Shown in pieces: positions 7,478 through 18,631 of a stretch of DNA of 64,000 bases (the first letter of the stretch is position 1; each line of letters begins with the position of its first letter). Where the stretch lies: positions 12,425-76,424 of the forward strand of contig JAZASH010000002.1 in NCBI GenBank assembly GCA_036343395.1, read 5' to 3'. Made by a program: the position numbers and the translations under genes. The DNA is from Eubacterium sp. GTDB taxonomy: Bacteria > Bacillota > Clostridia > Lachnospirales > Lachnospiraceae. Below the pieces are notes generated by a model that saw only the letters and a program-made list of their open reading frames with translations, searched no databases and was not told the DNA's origin.

Positions 7478-10099
7478 ATGAAGACGATTTTTCCGAAAGA
7501 GTACTTTTTGGATGAGGTACGTGATGGTTTCTATATTGATCCATTGATGAAGAAAAATTGGGCAATGTCTATCCATGCGTTGGAAACTCTGGAAGACCTG
7601 GCAGATCGATCAGGGTGGGTTGTATCCGTGATGTTCGGAACTTTGCTTGGTGTAGTACGTTATGGAGGATTTATCCCCTGGGATGATGATGTTGACGCGG
7701 AGATACTCCGTGACGCTCTCGAGGACCTGAGGGCTCGAGAAGAACGGTCGGATATTCCCGATGGATTTGAGTTTTGGGATTTTTATAAGACAGGAGACAG
7801 TAATTTTATTCGAAAATGGGTTGATACGGCCTTCTTGACAGACCATAGTCGGATGATCACGGAGAGATATGGATTTCCGTATATTACTAATATTGACCTA
7901 TTTGTGCTGGATTATGCCCCTCGTGACGAACGGGAATTTGATATATATACATCTGTGATTGGAACATTGGCGTATCTACGTTCTCTCCTTGAAGCTGTTG
8001 GTGAGAATGAGTCAATGTCTCTCTTTTTGGAGACATCAGAGGGACAAGAGTTTAATAAGAGTCTATCAAAGATTGAAGATCTGACGGGTACCGGTTTTGA
8101 TCGATCTAGTCGGATTGTTTTATTTAATCAGCTGATGAGGGTGATGGATCAGATATGTGGCAGGTATCGCTCGAATCAGAGTGATCGAATCCTATCTGTC
8201 CCCTATTATTTCAAGCCCTGCAAGGCGATTTTCCCCAAAAGCTTTTATGATGAGTATATCGATATGCCGTTTGAGAATACGGTGGTTAAGGTGCCGATCG
8301 GATATGATGGATTGTTGAGGAAATACTATGGAAACTATATGAAGCCATCGTTTGCGCAGTCTGCACATGGTTACCCGTATTATGACGGTTTGGAAGGAGA
8401 GATGGAGCGGCTCCTAGGGGTGAGATTGGTTCATTATCATCCGGATTTACGGCAGATCCGGGAAGATTTTCAAAATATTATCAAAAAAGAGTCTTTAAGA
8501 GAAACAGTGGAATCTGGATGTCTGTTACTCCGAGAGGCTCATCAGTATTTGTTGACGGGGATACAGGACGAGAATACTGATCTGGCTGGGCTTTCTGATC
8601 TTTTGATTCAGTGCCAGGATTTGGCAATACAGCTCGGGAACGCTATTGAGAAACGTGCAATCAGACCGTCTGAGTCCGTACAAATGCTGGAAGTATACTG
8701 TGAGTCGGTTTATGCTCTATATCAGCAAATGATTGATGGTGTTAGCCGAGATACACTGATGGATGGGGCTGCAAAGCTACAGACCAGGGGAAACGGCCTG
8801 ATTACCGCCATGTCTGACATTGGTCAGGAAAAGAAAACGGTTATCTTTGTATGTCGGTGTCCGGAAGACTGGAAGAGCATTCATACGTTATGGGAGTTAT
8901 ACGAACGTGACGGGATGTATGAAACCGTGGTGATTTCGGTTCCGTATTATTATCGCAATTATGACGGGAGTGTTTCCAGAGATGATATGGTCTGCGAAAC
9001 GGAAGGGTATCCCGAGGGGATCGTTTTGACTGCATATGATGCTTATGACTTTGAAAACGAGAGTCCGGACATCCTTTTTTTTCAGTTTCCTTATGATGAG
9101 TATCATGAGACGATATCGCTTCATCCATTTTATTATGCGAAGAGTCTTCGAAAATACGCGCAAAAACTGGTATTGATTCCTCCCTTTTTTTTACGTGAGG
9201 TAGGGGAGAACCAACGTGCGGCATATATGCTTCGACAGTATCTGAGGACGCCGGGATTTTTCTATGCTGACACGATAATTCTGCAATCTGATACAATGAG
9301 GGCATTTTTTGTAAAAGAACTGGATGGTTTTTTGGATGAATTGTCCGGGGCGGATGAAGAGATCAAGAAATGGTTCGACTTTGAAAACAGAGTGCTCGGA
9401 ACAGGATGCCCGCGTGCTGACTGGTTGAGCCGGGATCGATTGTTGTTCGGACTAACAGACGACGAGGATTCATTCATGGATAAAGCGGGGGATCGTGTCA
9501 GTATAACACCCTATGCTAGGGTGATACGGATCCCCGAGGAATGGATGACTTGTCTGCAAAGGCAGGATGGCAGCTTACGGAAAGTAATCGGGTTTTATAT
9601 CAGTGGAAGTATGCTGTTAGGATATGGCATAAAAGCGATTGAAAAGATGAAAACGGTCATGGAGTTATTTTGTTCCATGGATGATCTTGTACCGCTTTGG
9701 ATAGCAGATCCGTATGCCAAGAGAATACTGAGGAAACGTGATCCCGATGCGTGGAAGATGCTTCGTGCCTGGATGGATGATTATAGGGCTTCCGGGCGAG
9801 GAATCCTGGATGAGTCCGGAGAGATTGAAAGAGCGGCGGCGCTTTGTGATGGGTTCTATGGGGATGGATGTCAAACTATGAACCGGTGCCGTGAGATGAG
9901 AAAACCGGTCCTCTTTGATGCGCCATTAAAGCCTGTGGATACGAGTATGAGCCTCGAGGGAAAACGTTGGACAGACGGAATGACTGTCGAGGCTGAGGCA
10001 GACTGGAGAATCCCGGACTTTATTGATGCGGTAATTAATTACAGTCCGCGGGAACGAGAGGCTTCTGTCTCTGAGAACATCTATGATGCTTTGAAATGA
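7478..10099 (+). CDS. LicD-family phosphotransferase fused to a long C-terminal (TagF/GT-B-like) domain
   Basis: GTLLGVVRYGGFIPWDDDVD...IDLF LicD motifs; C-terminal domain shared with 12129, 14393 and 18632. Confidence 0.8.
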   Translation: MKTIFPKEYFLDEVRDGFYIDPLMKKNWAMSIHALETLEDLADRSGWVVSVMFGTLLGVVRYGGFIPWDDDVDAEILRDALEDLRAREERSDIPDGFEFWDFYKTGDSNFIRKWVDTAFLTDHSRMITERYGFPYITNIDLFVLDYAPRDEREFDIYTSVIGTLAYLRSLLEAVGENESMSLFLETSEGQEFNKSLSKIEDLTGTGFDRSSRIVLFNQLMRVMDQICGRYRSNQSDRILSVPYYFKPCKAIFPKSFYDEYIDMPFENTVVKVPIGYDGLLRKYYGNYMKPSFAQSAHGYPYYDGLEGEMERLLGVRLVHYHPDLRQIREDFQNIIKKESLRETVESGCLLLREAHQYLLTGIQDENTDLAGLSDLLIQCQDLAIQLGNAIEKRAIRPSESVQMLEVYCESVYALYQQMIDGVSRDTLMDGAAKLQTRGNGLITAMSDIGQEKKTVIFVCRCPEDWKSIHTLWELYERDGMYETVVISVPYYYRNYDGSVSRDDMVCETEGYPEGIVLTAYDAYDFENESPDILFFQFPYDEYHETISLHPFYYAKSLRKYAQKLVLIPPFFLREVGENQRAAYMLRQYLRTPGFFYADTIILQSDTMRAFFVKELDGFLDELSGADEEIKKWFDFENRVLGTGCPRADWLSRDRLLFGLTDDEDSFMDKAGDRVSITPYARVIRIPEEWMTCLQRQDGSLRKVIGFYISGSMLLGYGIKAIEKMKTVMELFCSMDDLVPLWIADPYAKRILRKRDPDAWKMLRAWMDDYRASGRGILDESGEIERAAALCDGFYGDGCQTMNRCREMRKPVLFDAPLKPVDTSMSLEGKRWTDGMTVEAEADWRIPDFIDAVINYSPREREASVSENIYDALK

Positions 10100-10131
10100 C
10101 GACATATGTTTACCAATAGAAATGGAGATTT

Positions 10132-11232
10132 ATGGAGATATCGGTTTGTATTATTACAAAGAATGAGAGAAAAAAGTTGGAACGATGCTTGACATGTCTG
10201 AAGCCTTCCGGCTTTGAACTCGTCGTGGTCGATACCGGCTCAGAGGATGGCTCAGTTGACATGGCTCGTGGATTCACAGACAGTGTCTTTGATTTTTGTT
10301 GGATCGATGATTTTGCCGCGGCTAAAAACTATGCGATTTCTAAGGCTAAGCATGATATGGTTTTGATTGTGGACAGCGATGAATACTGGATTGAAGGGCA
10401 GATTGAGCCCTTTTTGCAACAGGTTGAGAAATACAATGCTTATGTGGGACGGATCACACGTAGAGAGAGCTTTCGGACAGAAACCGGTGATAAAGGGGAA
10501 AGCATCGTCGGGGCAGAGAGAGTTTTCGATAGGAGACGATACCACTTTGCCGGGAGGATCCATGAACAGGTCGTCGAGGGTAGTGTTTTTGACGAAAACC
10601 GCGATGATACTCGAGATGCGATACGCAGGCAAAAATCTCCTGTCAAAGTCTATGATACAGGTCTTTTGTTCGACCATGACGGATATGATGGGACACAGGA
10701 AGACAGGAAGAAAAAGGCTGAGCGGAATCTTCGTTTGTTAATGGATGAGCATCGGCTGGTGCCTGAGGATGTTTACATCATCTACCAGATTGCGAAGAGT
10801 GTCTATTTCACGGATGGAGCTACCGAAGCGATCCGATGGTATGAAAAAGCATTGGATCACGGTGTGGATCCGGAAAAAGAATGGGGAGTCGATCTTATCA
10901 CCTGTTATGGGTACGCACTTTTGGAAGTACAGCAGTATGAACGAGCCACGAACCTCGAGCGATACTATGGCCCACTTAGTGAGCAGGCAGATTATCTGTT
11001 TCTGATGGGATTGATTTTTATGAATACAGCTCAGTTTGAGCGGGCGATAAACGAGTTTATACGCTGTACTCAGTTGTCAAATGCACGTGCTGCAGGGGTG
11101 GACTCGTATAAGGCATTTTACAACGCCGGTGTGATCGAGGAGTGCCTCGGACATCGAGAGATAGCGGCCTCGTACTATCAGAATGCCGGGGACTATGAAC
11201 CGGCAAGAAAAGGACTGGAACGAGTGAAATAG
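10132..11232 (+). CDS. GT2 glycosyltransferase with TPR-like C-terminus (candidate flagellin O-glycosyltransferase)
   Basis: ISVCIITKNE...VVVDTGSEDGS...DDFAAAKN...DSDE...GRIHEQ, then TPR-like helices. Confidence 0.85.
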   Translation: MEISVCIITKNERKKLERCLTCLKPSGFELVVVDTGSEDGSVDMARGFTDSVFDFCWIDDFAAAKNYAISKAKHDMVLIVDSDEYWIEGQIEPFLQQVEKYNAYVGRITRRESFRTETGDKGESIVGAERVFDRRRYHFAGRIHEQVVEGSVFDENRDDTRDAIRRQKSPVKVYDTGLLFDHDGYDGTQEDRKKKAERNLRLLMDEHRLVPEDVYIIYQIAKSVYFTDGATEAIRWYEKALDHGVDPEKEWGVDLITCYGYALLEVQQYERATNLERYYGPLSEQADYLFLMGLIFMNTAQFERAINEFIRCTQLSNARAAGVDSYKAFYNAGVIEECLGHREIAASYYQNAGDYEPARKGLERVK

Positions 11233-11242
11233 AGGAATGTGT

Positions 11243-12118
11243 ATGAAACCAGATAGTGATTTTTATAAGGAAGAATACCGGTCGGATCATCTGGTCACTG
11301 CAAAAATGAAACGGATTTGGGCAGTGGAGATGGAACTACTTGAAAAGTTTGATGAAGTCTGTCGCAAGCATGAAATACGGTATTATCTGGAATTCGGGTC
11401 TTTGCTGGGAGCCGTGAGACATCGAGGATTTGTTCCCTGGGATAATGATATCGATGTTTCTATGATGAGGCGGGATTATATGCGCTTTATGGAGGTGGCA
11501 AGAGGAGAGTTTCAGGAGCCCTATGTGTTGCAGGATGGAGCGAACGGGTACGGTTTCTTTCCGTTTGCAAAGCTTTTGAAATCCGGAACGACCGCATTGG
11601 AGATTCCTGATGCTCCTCCTGGTTATCATCAGGGAATTTTTATCGATATATTTCCTTTAGATGTGGTTCCGGATGGATCTGCCGAGAGTATAGCTATCTA
11701 TCAGGCGGAAGTCGAGCTTTGGACTACGATTGTCGATCCTATCGGTATGTGTGATCAGATTGATGAGGGGGTGCAGTATCGCATAGGAAATGACACCGTG
11801 ATCGATCTGGTACAGCGTCAGCCTGTGGAACGGTATCATGAATTTGAGCAGTTGTGTTTGGATTTTTCGGAGGAGAGCGAGAAGGTCAATGTTCTTCCTT
11901 TCCACATAAGGAAAGCAATCCGTGAGAGAAAGAGAGACTGGTACGGAGAACCGGTTTATCTACCGTTTGAGTGGCTGAACCTGCCATGCCCTTCGCATTA
12001 TCATGAAGTACTGACGGCGGAATACCGGGATTACATGACACCGATTAAAGGAAGGTCAGGTCACGAAAAGATTTTTTTTGACCCGGATCGGTCTTATCTG
12101 GAATACTTGAAACATTAG
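11243..12118 (+). CDS. Stand-alone LicD-family protein
   Basis: GSLLGAVRHRGFVPWDNDIDVSMMRRDY...GIFIDIFPLD. Confidence 0.85.
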   Translation: MKPDSDFYKEEYRSDHLVTAKMKRIWAVEMELLEKFDEVCRKHEIRYYLEFGSLLGAVRHRGFVPWDNDIDVSMMRRDYMRFMEVARGEFQEPYVLQDGANGYGFFPFAKLLKSGTTALEIPDAPPGYHQGIFIDIFPLDVVPDGSAESIAIYQAEVELWTTIVDPIGMCDQIDEGVQYRIGNDTVIDLVQRQPVERYHEFEQLCLDFSEESEKVNVLPFHIRKAIRERKRDWYGEPVYLPFEWLNLPCPSHYHEVLTAEYRDYMTPIKGRSGHEKIFFDPDRSYLEYLKH

Positions 12119-12128
12119 GAGAAACAAT

Positions 12129-14381
12129 ATGGAAATAACAGTATCACCAGAATATTTTTTGGATGAAGTGAGAGACGGATTTCTCGTTCCTACGATGATG
12201 AAAAAAGCCTGGGCGATCGATCTGAAGAATTATATGATTCTGGATGAGTTATGCCAACGGTTGGGGATTTCCTGTACAGTGATGTTTGGTACGTTGATGG
12301 GAGCGATACGTCACGGAGGATACATTCCATGGGATGATGACATCGACTGTGAGATTTTACGCACTGAGTACAGAAAGCTGAAGGAGTATGAGGAAAACGG
12401 ACAACTTCCGGAGGATTATCATATCCGAGATTATGAAAAGTCCGGAAATGACAATCTCGTCAGAAAGTGGATGGACTCTCCGGACTCTGTGAGGGACGCT
12501 GAGAAGTGGGAGAGCAGTTTTGGGTTTCCTTTCGCTAATAATGTGGATATTTTCCTGACGGATTATCTGCCGAGAGACCCAAAGGAGGAACAGTACTACC
12601 AGGATGTCGTGGATGTTATATCTCAGGTTAAATTGGTGACCGATGACATCATCGAACATCAGAGACGCGGCATACCGCTTGAAGAAAGCGCAGAGAAACT
12701 GGATGCGGTCGATCGGGAAGAGTATGCTTATAATCTGGATTTGCTTCAGCGTGTATTGAAGATCCAGTTTGACCTGAGAGGCCAAACTTCACTTATCGGA
12801 CAGCTATGGAAGGTAATGGAGGATTTTTGTGAGAAACAAGACAGGGGGCGCTGCGATCGTATCGTATCGCTACCTTACTACATGAAGGACAAAAAGAAAG
12901 CGTTTCCCAGAGAATTCTATGAGGATACGGTAGAGATGCCCTTTGAATTCGGTACTGTTCGTGTTCCAATCGGGTATGACGGAATACTGAGAAGATACTA
13001 TCGTAACTATGGTGTTCCGATCATCCAGTTATCGACCCATGCTTACCCCTTTTATACTCAGTTGGAGAAGGATATGCGTGAGAGGTTCGGAAGTGAACTT
13101 TTACGCTATCGTCCGAATTGGGATGAAGTTGAAGGGATGCAGGAACAAATTCGGATAAAACGTGATCAATACAGAAGAAACAGAGATGAAAACAGAAGCG
13201 ATGATCGAAAGCGCGAGGTTGTCTTCTTAGTAGATCGAGCCGTGAATTGGTGTGCCTACCATGCCCTGTGGGAGCAAGAAAGGAACAGGGAGGACACGGA
13301 TGTTGTTGTGATCACTGTTCCGTATTTTTGGTGCAAATTCAACGGTCAGTTTGATACTGAGCATATGATCATAGAGACGGAAGGATTTCCGGATGAGGTT
13401 ACTCTGACAGCCTTTGACAGTTATGATTTTGAGGAGAGACACCCGGACGCCATTTATTTTCTGAATCCATACGATGATTATAGTTATGCGATGTCGGTCC
13501 ATCCGTTTTTCTACTCGAGCAATATCGTTCAATATACGGATGAATTGGTCTTTGTCACACCGTTTCTGCTGCGGCCGATCCCGCCAAAAGATATGCGATC
13601 ACGGTATACGCTGGGAATTTATCTTCATAATCCCGGGATGGTGTATGCGGATCGGGTTCTCGTTCAATCTGCAGCGATACGAGAGGTTTGGATTGAATTG
13701 CTGAAAAAATTGGATCCGGACGGAGTAATCAACTGGGAAAGCAAAATCGAAGCAGTAACACTTCCGATCGCAGAATATGAAGTCCGAAAGCGAGTCTTGA
13801 TATCTCCGGAAAGGAGTCCCCGAGATACATGGGATGAAAACGGAGAATGCGTAATGCCGACTTTTTTTGATGTGGTTCATGAGGTACCTGAAGACTGGTT
13901 GAATCTTGTGCTGGATGAGAACAAAAGAAAAAGAAGAATAGCAGTAGTACACTTCAGTGCCGGAGTTCTTTTTGAGCATGGAGCCGGAAGCCTTGATAAA
14001 GCCCGTACGTTTTTTGATATAGCTGAAGAAGCAGGTTTTACGATCTGGTGGTTTTCTGACCGAAACATGAGACGCATCCTGCGGAAGAATAACCAGGAAG
14101 CATGGAGAGAATACCAAAGATTTTCTGATGAATTCCGGGGAGCTGGACGAGTTATCTGGGATGACAGCGGTAACGAGGTTCGGGCTGCTGATATCGGCGA
14201 TGTATTCTTTGGTGATGTGTCTACCTTGATGTCTGCCTTTCGTACACGTAAGAAACCTGTCCTGTGGGAAACGCCTGACGTGGAAACGCTGGCAGATACA
14301 GATGATACTGCAGTACGAGAGTGGAAAGGTGATATCGTAACAGAGGGAGATTGGACAGCAAAAGAGTTTGTGAGGCTATGA
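12129..14381 (+). CDS. LicD-family fusion protein
   Basis: GTLMGAIRHGGYIPWDDDID; C-terminal YDFEERHPD...NPYD...SVHPFFYS domain. Confidence 0.8.
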   Translation: MEITVSPEYFLDEVRDGFLVPTMMKKAWAIDLKNYMILDELCQRLGISCTVMFGTLMGAIRHGGYIPWDDDIDCEILRTEYRKLKEYEENGQLPEDYHIRDYEKSGNDNLVRKWMDSPDSVRDAEKWESSFGFPFANNVDIFLTDYLPRDPKEEQYYQDVVDVISQVKLVTDDIIEHQRRGIPLEESAEKLDAVDREEYAYNLDLLQRVLKIQFDLRGQTSLIGQLWKVMEDFCEKQDRGRCDRIVSLPYYMKDKKKAFPREFYEDTVEMPFEFGTVRVPIGYDGILRRYYRNYGVPIIQLSTHAYPFYTQLEKDMRERFGSELLRYRPNWDEVEGMQEQIRIKRDQYRRNRDENRSDDRKREVVFLVDRAVNWCAYHALWEQERNREDTDVVVITVPYFWCKFNGQFDTEHMIIETEGFPDEVTLTAFDSYDFEERHPDAIYFLNPYDDYSYAMSVHPFFYSSNIVQYTDELVFVTPFLLRPIPPKDMRSRYTLGIYLHNPGMVYADRVLVQSAAIREVWIELLKKLDPDGVINWESKIEAVTLPIAEYEVRKRVLISPERSPRDTWDENGECVMPTFFDVVHEVPEDWLNLVLDENKRKRRIAVVHFSAGVLFEHGAGSLDKARTFFDIAEEAGFTIWWFSDRNMRRILRKNNQEAWREYQRFSDEFRGAGRVIWDDSGNEVRAADIGDVFFGDVSTLMSAFRTRKKPVLWETPDVETLADTDDTAVREWKGDIVTEGDWTAKEFVRL

Positions 14382-14392
14382 GGAGATTCGAG

Positions 14393-17300
14393 ATGGAAAC
14401 AGTGGAGAATTCCTTTTTTGATGACGAGGTAAGAGATGGCTTTTTGATTCCCAGTATGATGAAGCGCATGTGGGCGAAAGAACTGAAGTCTTACTATGCG
14501 CTGGAGGATGTGTGTAAAGAACAGAATCTCCATGTGGCTGCGATGTGGGGGACTTTGCTTGGAGCCATACGGCACGGAGGCTTTATTCCGTGGGATGATG
14601 ATATTGATGCGGAAATGCTTCACAGCGAATACACCATCTTGGAAAGAAGGGCAAAGGGAAAAAACAATGGAGTTAAAAACGCCTTGCCGGAGGACTATTG
14701 GATTAGCGATTATACCTTTGACGAGAGAGAGAATCTGGTCAGGCGATGGATGAGTTCAAAGTCGTTAGTGGAACAATACGACTTATGGAAAGAAAACTAT
14801 GGGTTTCCATTTGTGGGAATCATAGATATTTTCCTCATGGAGTTCTTACCAATCCAAAAAGAAGATGAATCTCGGTATTGGGATGTATTACATGAGGCCG
14901 GAAACTTAAAAGAGCAAGCAAAACATTCAGTGGGTGTCGGCTCCGCAGAACTTGATTTAGGATTAAGGCAGTTGGAGAAAGTGTCCGGGTATCATTTTAG
15001 GAAAAACAGTAAAAGACCACTGTTTATCCAGATATTACAAGCGATGGATCAATTCTGCCTAAATTATTCTAAGGAGAACTGTGATTATGTGGCATTGCCG
15101 GCGTATTATGAGAAGAGAAATACTCTTTTTGCACACAAGTCTTTGTATGAGCATTATGTTGAAGTCTCGTTTGAGTATGGTCATATGACGGTTCCGGTTG
15201 GATATGATGGGATACTGAGGCGATACTTCGGAAACTATATGGTGCCACGTATGGTTGCCGGTGCACATGGATATCCGGCCTATGACGGTATGAATAAGGA
15301 TGCCCAAAAGCATACCGGCTTTGGCTTGAACGAGTATACGTATGATCCGGACGCAATCACAAAAGTAAAGAACGGGAGAGTTAGTAAACCGTCTCTGTAT
15401 GAAGAGATTAGTTCTACGATTGAATTACTTGTCGGAGCTCACGAGTTTTTATGTGAACGAATCGAGAGTAAATCCGTGGATGAGGAAGCGCTGGATGTGT
15501 TGGAGCAGTGCCAGAACCTGGCAATTACGCTTGGGACAGGCATAGAGAAGCGCGCTGTGGATTCGGCAGATGCAGTATCTGTACTGGAGCAGTATTGTGA
15601 ACATATGTATACATTGTATCAGCTTTTGGTGGGCGATAGAGCACCACAGAACATGACAGAAGCAATACAGATGATCCATGATGCAAACTGCTTTACGGAC
15701 TCGATGTATGGTATCAGAGATGCGATCCGAGAATGTCGGGAAGTAGTGTTTCTTGTCAAGAGAGCTGAAGATTGGAAGTCGCTTCATACGCTGTGGGAGG
15801 TTGCATGTACGGACTCTCGCTGGAGAGTTTATGTAATCGCTATCCCTTATTATTACCGAAAAGAAGACCAGCAGATCGATAAGGAATCAGTCAGAACAGA
15901 TGCGGGAGGGGTTCCCAGTATGGTCGAGTTGACAGCCTTTGATCAATACGACTTTGAAAACAGGCACCCTGCTATGATTATTCTTCAATCGCCCTACGAT
16001 GCATATGCCGGCGCGACACCGATTCATCCGTTTTTTTACGCAGAAAACCTGTATCGCTTTACAGATCGGATGGTGCTGATCCCACAGTTTCGCTTGAAGG
16101 AAAGCTTTTTGGATCGGGAGCAGGTGAGGTTTACGGTCGGTACATATCTAAAGACTCCGGGAGGTGTTCTGGCGGACAGACTTGTGGTGCAATCGTCGAA
16201 GATGAAAGAGGTATATATGGATATCTTTGACGAGTGGGAGAGTATGGATGAGACGGCCGAGATTTGCGATCGGATCGTTGCGTATGGACTTCCGCTTGAT
16301 GATTATACGGCCAGACTGGAAAAGAGTCGTGCAGAGGAGAAAAAAAGAGAATATCCTAAAAAAGTGGTCCTATATACACTTGGTGCCAGCATGCTGTATC
16401 AATATGGGATGAAAGGAATCGAAAAAGCGAAGAAAATATGCAAAATGGTTGAAGAATACTCAGATAAGGTCCAGCTTGTATGGTGTGAGGATCCGTATGC
16501 AGAGGAAATACTGATCTATGCGCCGAATATCCGGAAAGCCTATGAAGAAGTTAAGGACGGATTTGTCCAAAATGGTGGGGTCTTTGTTGATCTGAAGCGA
16601 GAAATGTGTGTCCGTAAAGCGGGCGAGTTGTGTGTTGTTCCTGCGAAGGGAGACAGAAGAGCGACGGAACGGGCGATGGCCGGCATGGCAGATGCTATGT
16701 ATGGAGACGGGGGTACACTGATGAATGAGTGCCGTATGCATGAGCTTCCTGTTATGCTTGAAACTCCTTGGGTCGACAGTCTGGAAGACAGTGAGACGGC
16801 GAAAAGCTGGAATCCTGCGGATATGGTTGTAATGGAGCAAACGCTCGGTAACGGGTGGACATTTCCTGAGTTTCTACAGACTGTTATCAGTAGTAAGATG
16901 CCGGAATCAGCGGGAGAGTGTAGTCGGCTGATATGGAAATCTATCTCCAGCCAGCAGAAGAAAATAGCTATTGTATATGAGCTTGATCGAGATGGAGAGA
17001 CAGCCCGTACTATCCAGAACGCCATAGCAGTTAGAGAGATGTATGATGCATTTCTATGTCCTTTGGATGCTTATCATGAGATCGGACGGTACTATGATGC
17101 GTGGTGGAAAGAGGGAATGCCGGAGATGATCCTGACGATTAATCTGGCCGGCTTTGAACTGAGAAACACCGGTGGAAACTCGATGTATTCGATGTATAAC
17201 GGAAATTGTGTTCATTATGTTGATCGAGATGTAGAAAATGAAAAGGAATTGTTGCGAGGCCTCCTGCCAATCACAATGAGATTTGTTACGGATACCAAGG

Positions 17301-17413
17301 AACGCTACGAGAGGATGAGGAATGATTATCGAAGGATCCATGAAATTGATGTCTCAGGACAGATAGCTGAGGATATATTTGGTATTATTGATTGTACGGA
17401 TTGGCGGATGTGA
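14393..17413 (+). CDS. LicD-family fusion protein with an additional C-terminal domain
   Basis: GTLLGAIRHGGFIPWDDDID; shared middle domain; extra ~150 aa C-terminus; start at the ATG after GAGGAG. Confidence 0.8.
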   Translation: METVENSFFDDEVRDGFLIPSMMKRMWAKELKSYYALEDVCKEQNLHVAAMWGTLLGAIRHGGFIPWDDDIDAEMLHSEYTILERRAKGKNNGVKNALPEDYWISDYTFDERENLVRRWMSSKSLVEQYDLWKENYGFPFVGIIDIFLMEFLPIQKEDESRYWDVLHEAGNLKEQAKHSVGVGSAELDLGLRQLEKVSGYHFRKNSKRPLFIQILQAMDQFCLNYSKENCDYVALPAYYEKRNTLFAHKSLYEHYVEVSFEYGHMTVPVGYDGILRRYFGNYMVPRMVAGAHGYPAYDGMNKDAQKHTGFGLNEYTYDPDAITKVKNGRVSKPSLYEEISSTIELLVGAHEFLCERIESKSVDEEALDVLEQCQNLAITLGTGIEKRAVDSADAVSVLEQYCEHMYTLYQLLVGDRAPQNMTEAIQMIHDANCFTDSMYGIRDAIRECREVVFLVKRAEDWKSLHTLWEVACTDSRWRVYVIAIPYYYRKEDQQIDKESVRTDAGGVPSMVELTAFDQYDFENRHPAMIILQSPYDAYAGATPIHPFFYAENLYRFTDRMVLIPQFRLKESFLDREQVRFTVGTYLKTPGGVLADRLVVQSSKMKEVYMDIFDEWESMDETAEICDRIVAYGLPLDDYTARLEKSRAEEKKREYPKKVVLYTLGASMLYQYGMKGIEKAKKICKMVEEYSDKVQLVWCEDPYAEEILIYAPNIRKAYEEVKDGFVQNGGVFVDLKREMCVRKAGELCVVPAKGDRRATERAMAGMADAMYGDGGTLMNECRMHELPVMLETPWVDSLEDSETAKSWNPADMVVMEQTLGNGWTFPEFLQTVISSKMPESAGECSRLIWKSISSQQKKIAIVYELDRDGETARTIQNAIAVREMYDAFLCPLDAYHEIGRYYDAWWKEGMPEMILTINLAGFELRNTGGNSMYSMYNGNCVHYVDRDVENEKELLRGLLPITMRFVTDTKERYERMRNDYRRIHEIDVSGQIAEDIFGIIDCTDWRM

Positions 17414-17422
17414 GGAGGGGAT

Positions 17423-18613
17423 ATGCGTTTTTTAATCTGTGAGTGGAGCGGATATATGCAGGACGATCTGGAGGATTGCCTGCACAGTCTTGGGATCGAC
17501 ACGGTCGAGTATGGCTATCGAATACTGAACTTCGACCGAGATGACTATTTTTATCGAAGGTTTGATCGGATTCTCGATGAAGAAACGGTGGATGCCGTAA
17601 TGATGATGAATTACATCGCGCCATTGGCTGAATTATGTGCGAAACATCAGATCCCGTATATTTCCTGGGTGTATGATTGTCCGTTTGGACTGAAGGAACC
17701 GGAAAAGACGCTCGGATTACCTACGAATCATATATTCTTCTTTGACAGAGAGCAGGCGGGACTCTATCAAAGGAAAGGATTTCAGACGGTCGACCATCTG
17801 CCGTTGGCTGTAAACGCAAACCGGATCGATGGACTTCTCAGAGAGGGAGTATCCGGGGAGGATCCGGGAATGGATTTTAAGGCGGAAGTATCTTTTGTTG
17901 GTATCTTGTATGATAACAAGTATCATACGGTCAAGGAACTGCTTCCGGATCAGCATAAAAAGGAGTTGGATGAGATTGTAGACAATCAGATAGGTGTCTA
18001 CACGGATTATCGTATCAAAGATCGGCTTCGGAGGGCTATGAATCCTGATTGGAGAGAGTTCTTCAAGGGTATATCGGACGTTAGTATGTTGGGTGAAGAA
18101 GCTTTCTATGACTGGATGGAGCATACATTAGCCAAAAAGGTGACAAGGGAAGAGAGAATACAGATCCTATCCGGGATTGGAGCAAAGCACAAAACAGCAT
18201 TGTACTCACCTGCCGGTGATGACAGGTTATCCGATGTGGAGTTTCGAGGAATCGTGTCTGCGTATGATACAGCACCGTTAGTCTATCACCATTCTAAGAT
18301 TAATCTTAATATCACGCTTAAAGATATCGTTTCGGGGATTTCCTTGCGGGTGTTTGAGATACTGGGTGCCGGTGGGTTTCTCCTGAGTAATCGACAACCT
18401 GAGATAGAGGAATACTTTAGAGATGGCGAAGAGGTTGTGCTATATGACAGCATAGAAGACTGTATCAATAAGGCATCCTACTATCTGGAGCATGAGGATG
18501 AGAGATGTTGTATCGCTGCTAAAGGAAGAAAAGCTGTTGAGAGATTTTCTTTTGAAAAACAGGTGGGAGAGATCATAAAAAGAGTTTTTGGAAAAGAAAT
18601 CATAGGATATTGA
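17423..18613 (+). CDS. DUF3880/CgeB-like GT-B glycosyltransferase
   Basis: YISWVYDCP...HLPLAVN...SKINLNIT...LRVFEILGAGGFLLSN...YFRDGEEVVLY. Confidence 0.8.
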   Translation: MRFLICEWSGYMQDDLEDCLHSLGIDTVEYGYRILNFDRDDYFYRRFDRILDEETVDAVMMMNYIAPLAELCAKHQIPYISWVYDCPFGLKEPEKTLGLPTNHIFFFDREQAGLYQRKGFQTVDHLPLAVNANRIDGLLREGVSGEDPGMDFKAEVSFVGILYDNKYHTVKELLPDQHKKELDEIVDNQIGVYTDYRIKDRLRRAMNPDWREFFKGISDVSMLGEEAFYDWMEHTLAKKVTREERIQILSGIGAKHKTALYSPAGDDRLSDVEFRGIVSAYDTAPLVYHHSKINLNITLKDIVSGISLRVFEILGAGGFLLSNRQPEIEEYFRDGEEVVLYDSIEDCINKASYYLEHEDERCCIAAKGRKAVERFSFEKQVGEIIKRVFGKEIIGY

Positions 18614-18631
18614 CAGTATGAGGAAGAACAA

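Noticed and set aside
13599-14623. Antisense ORFs of 172 and 248 aa
   Set aside because: Shadow frames of the LicD fusion genes with no family features
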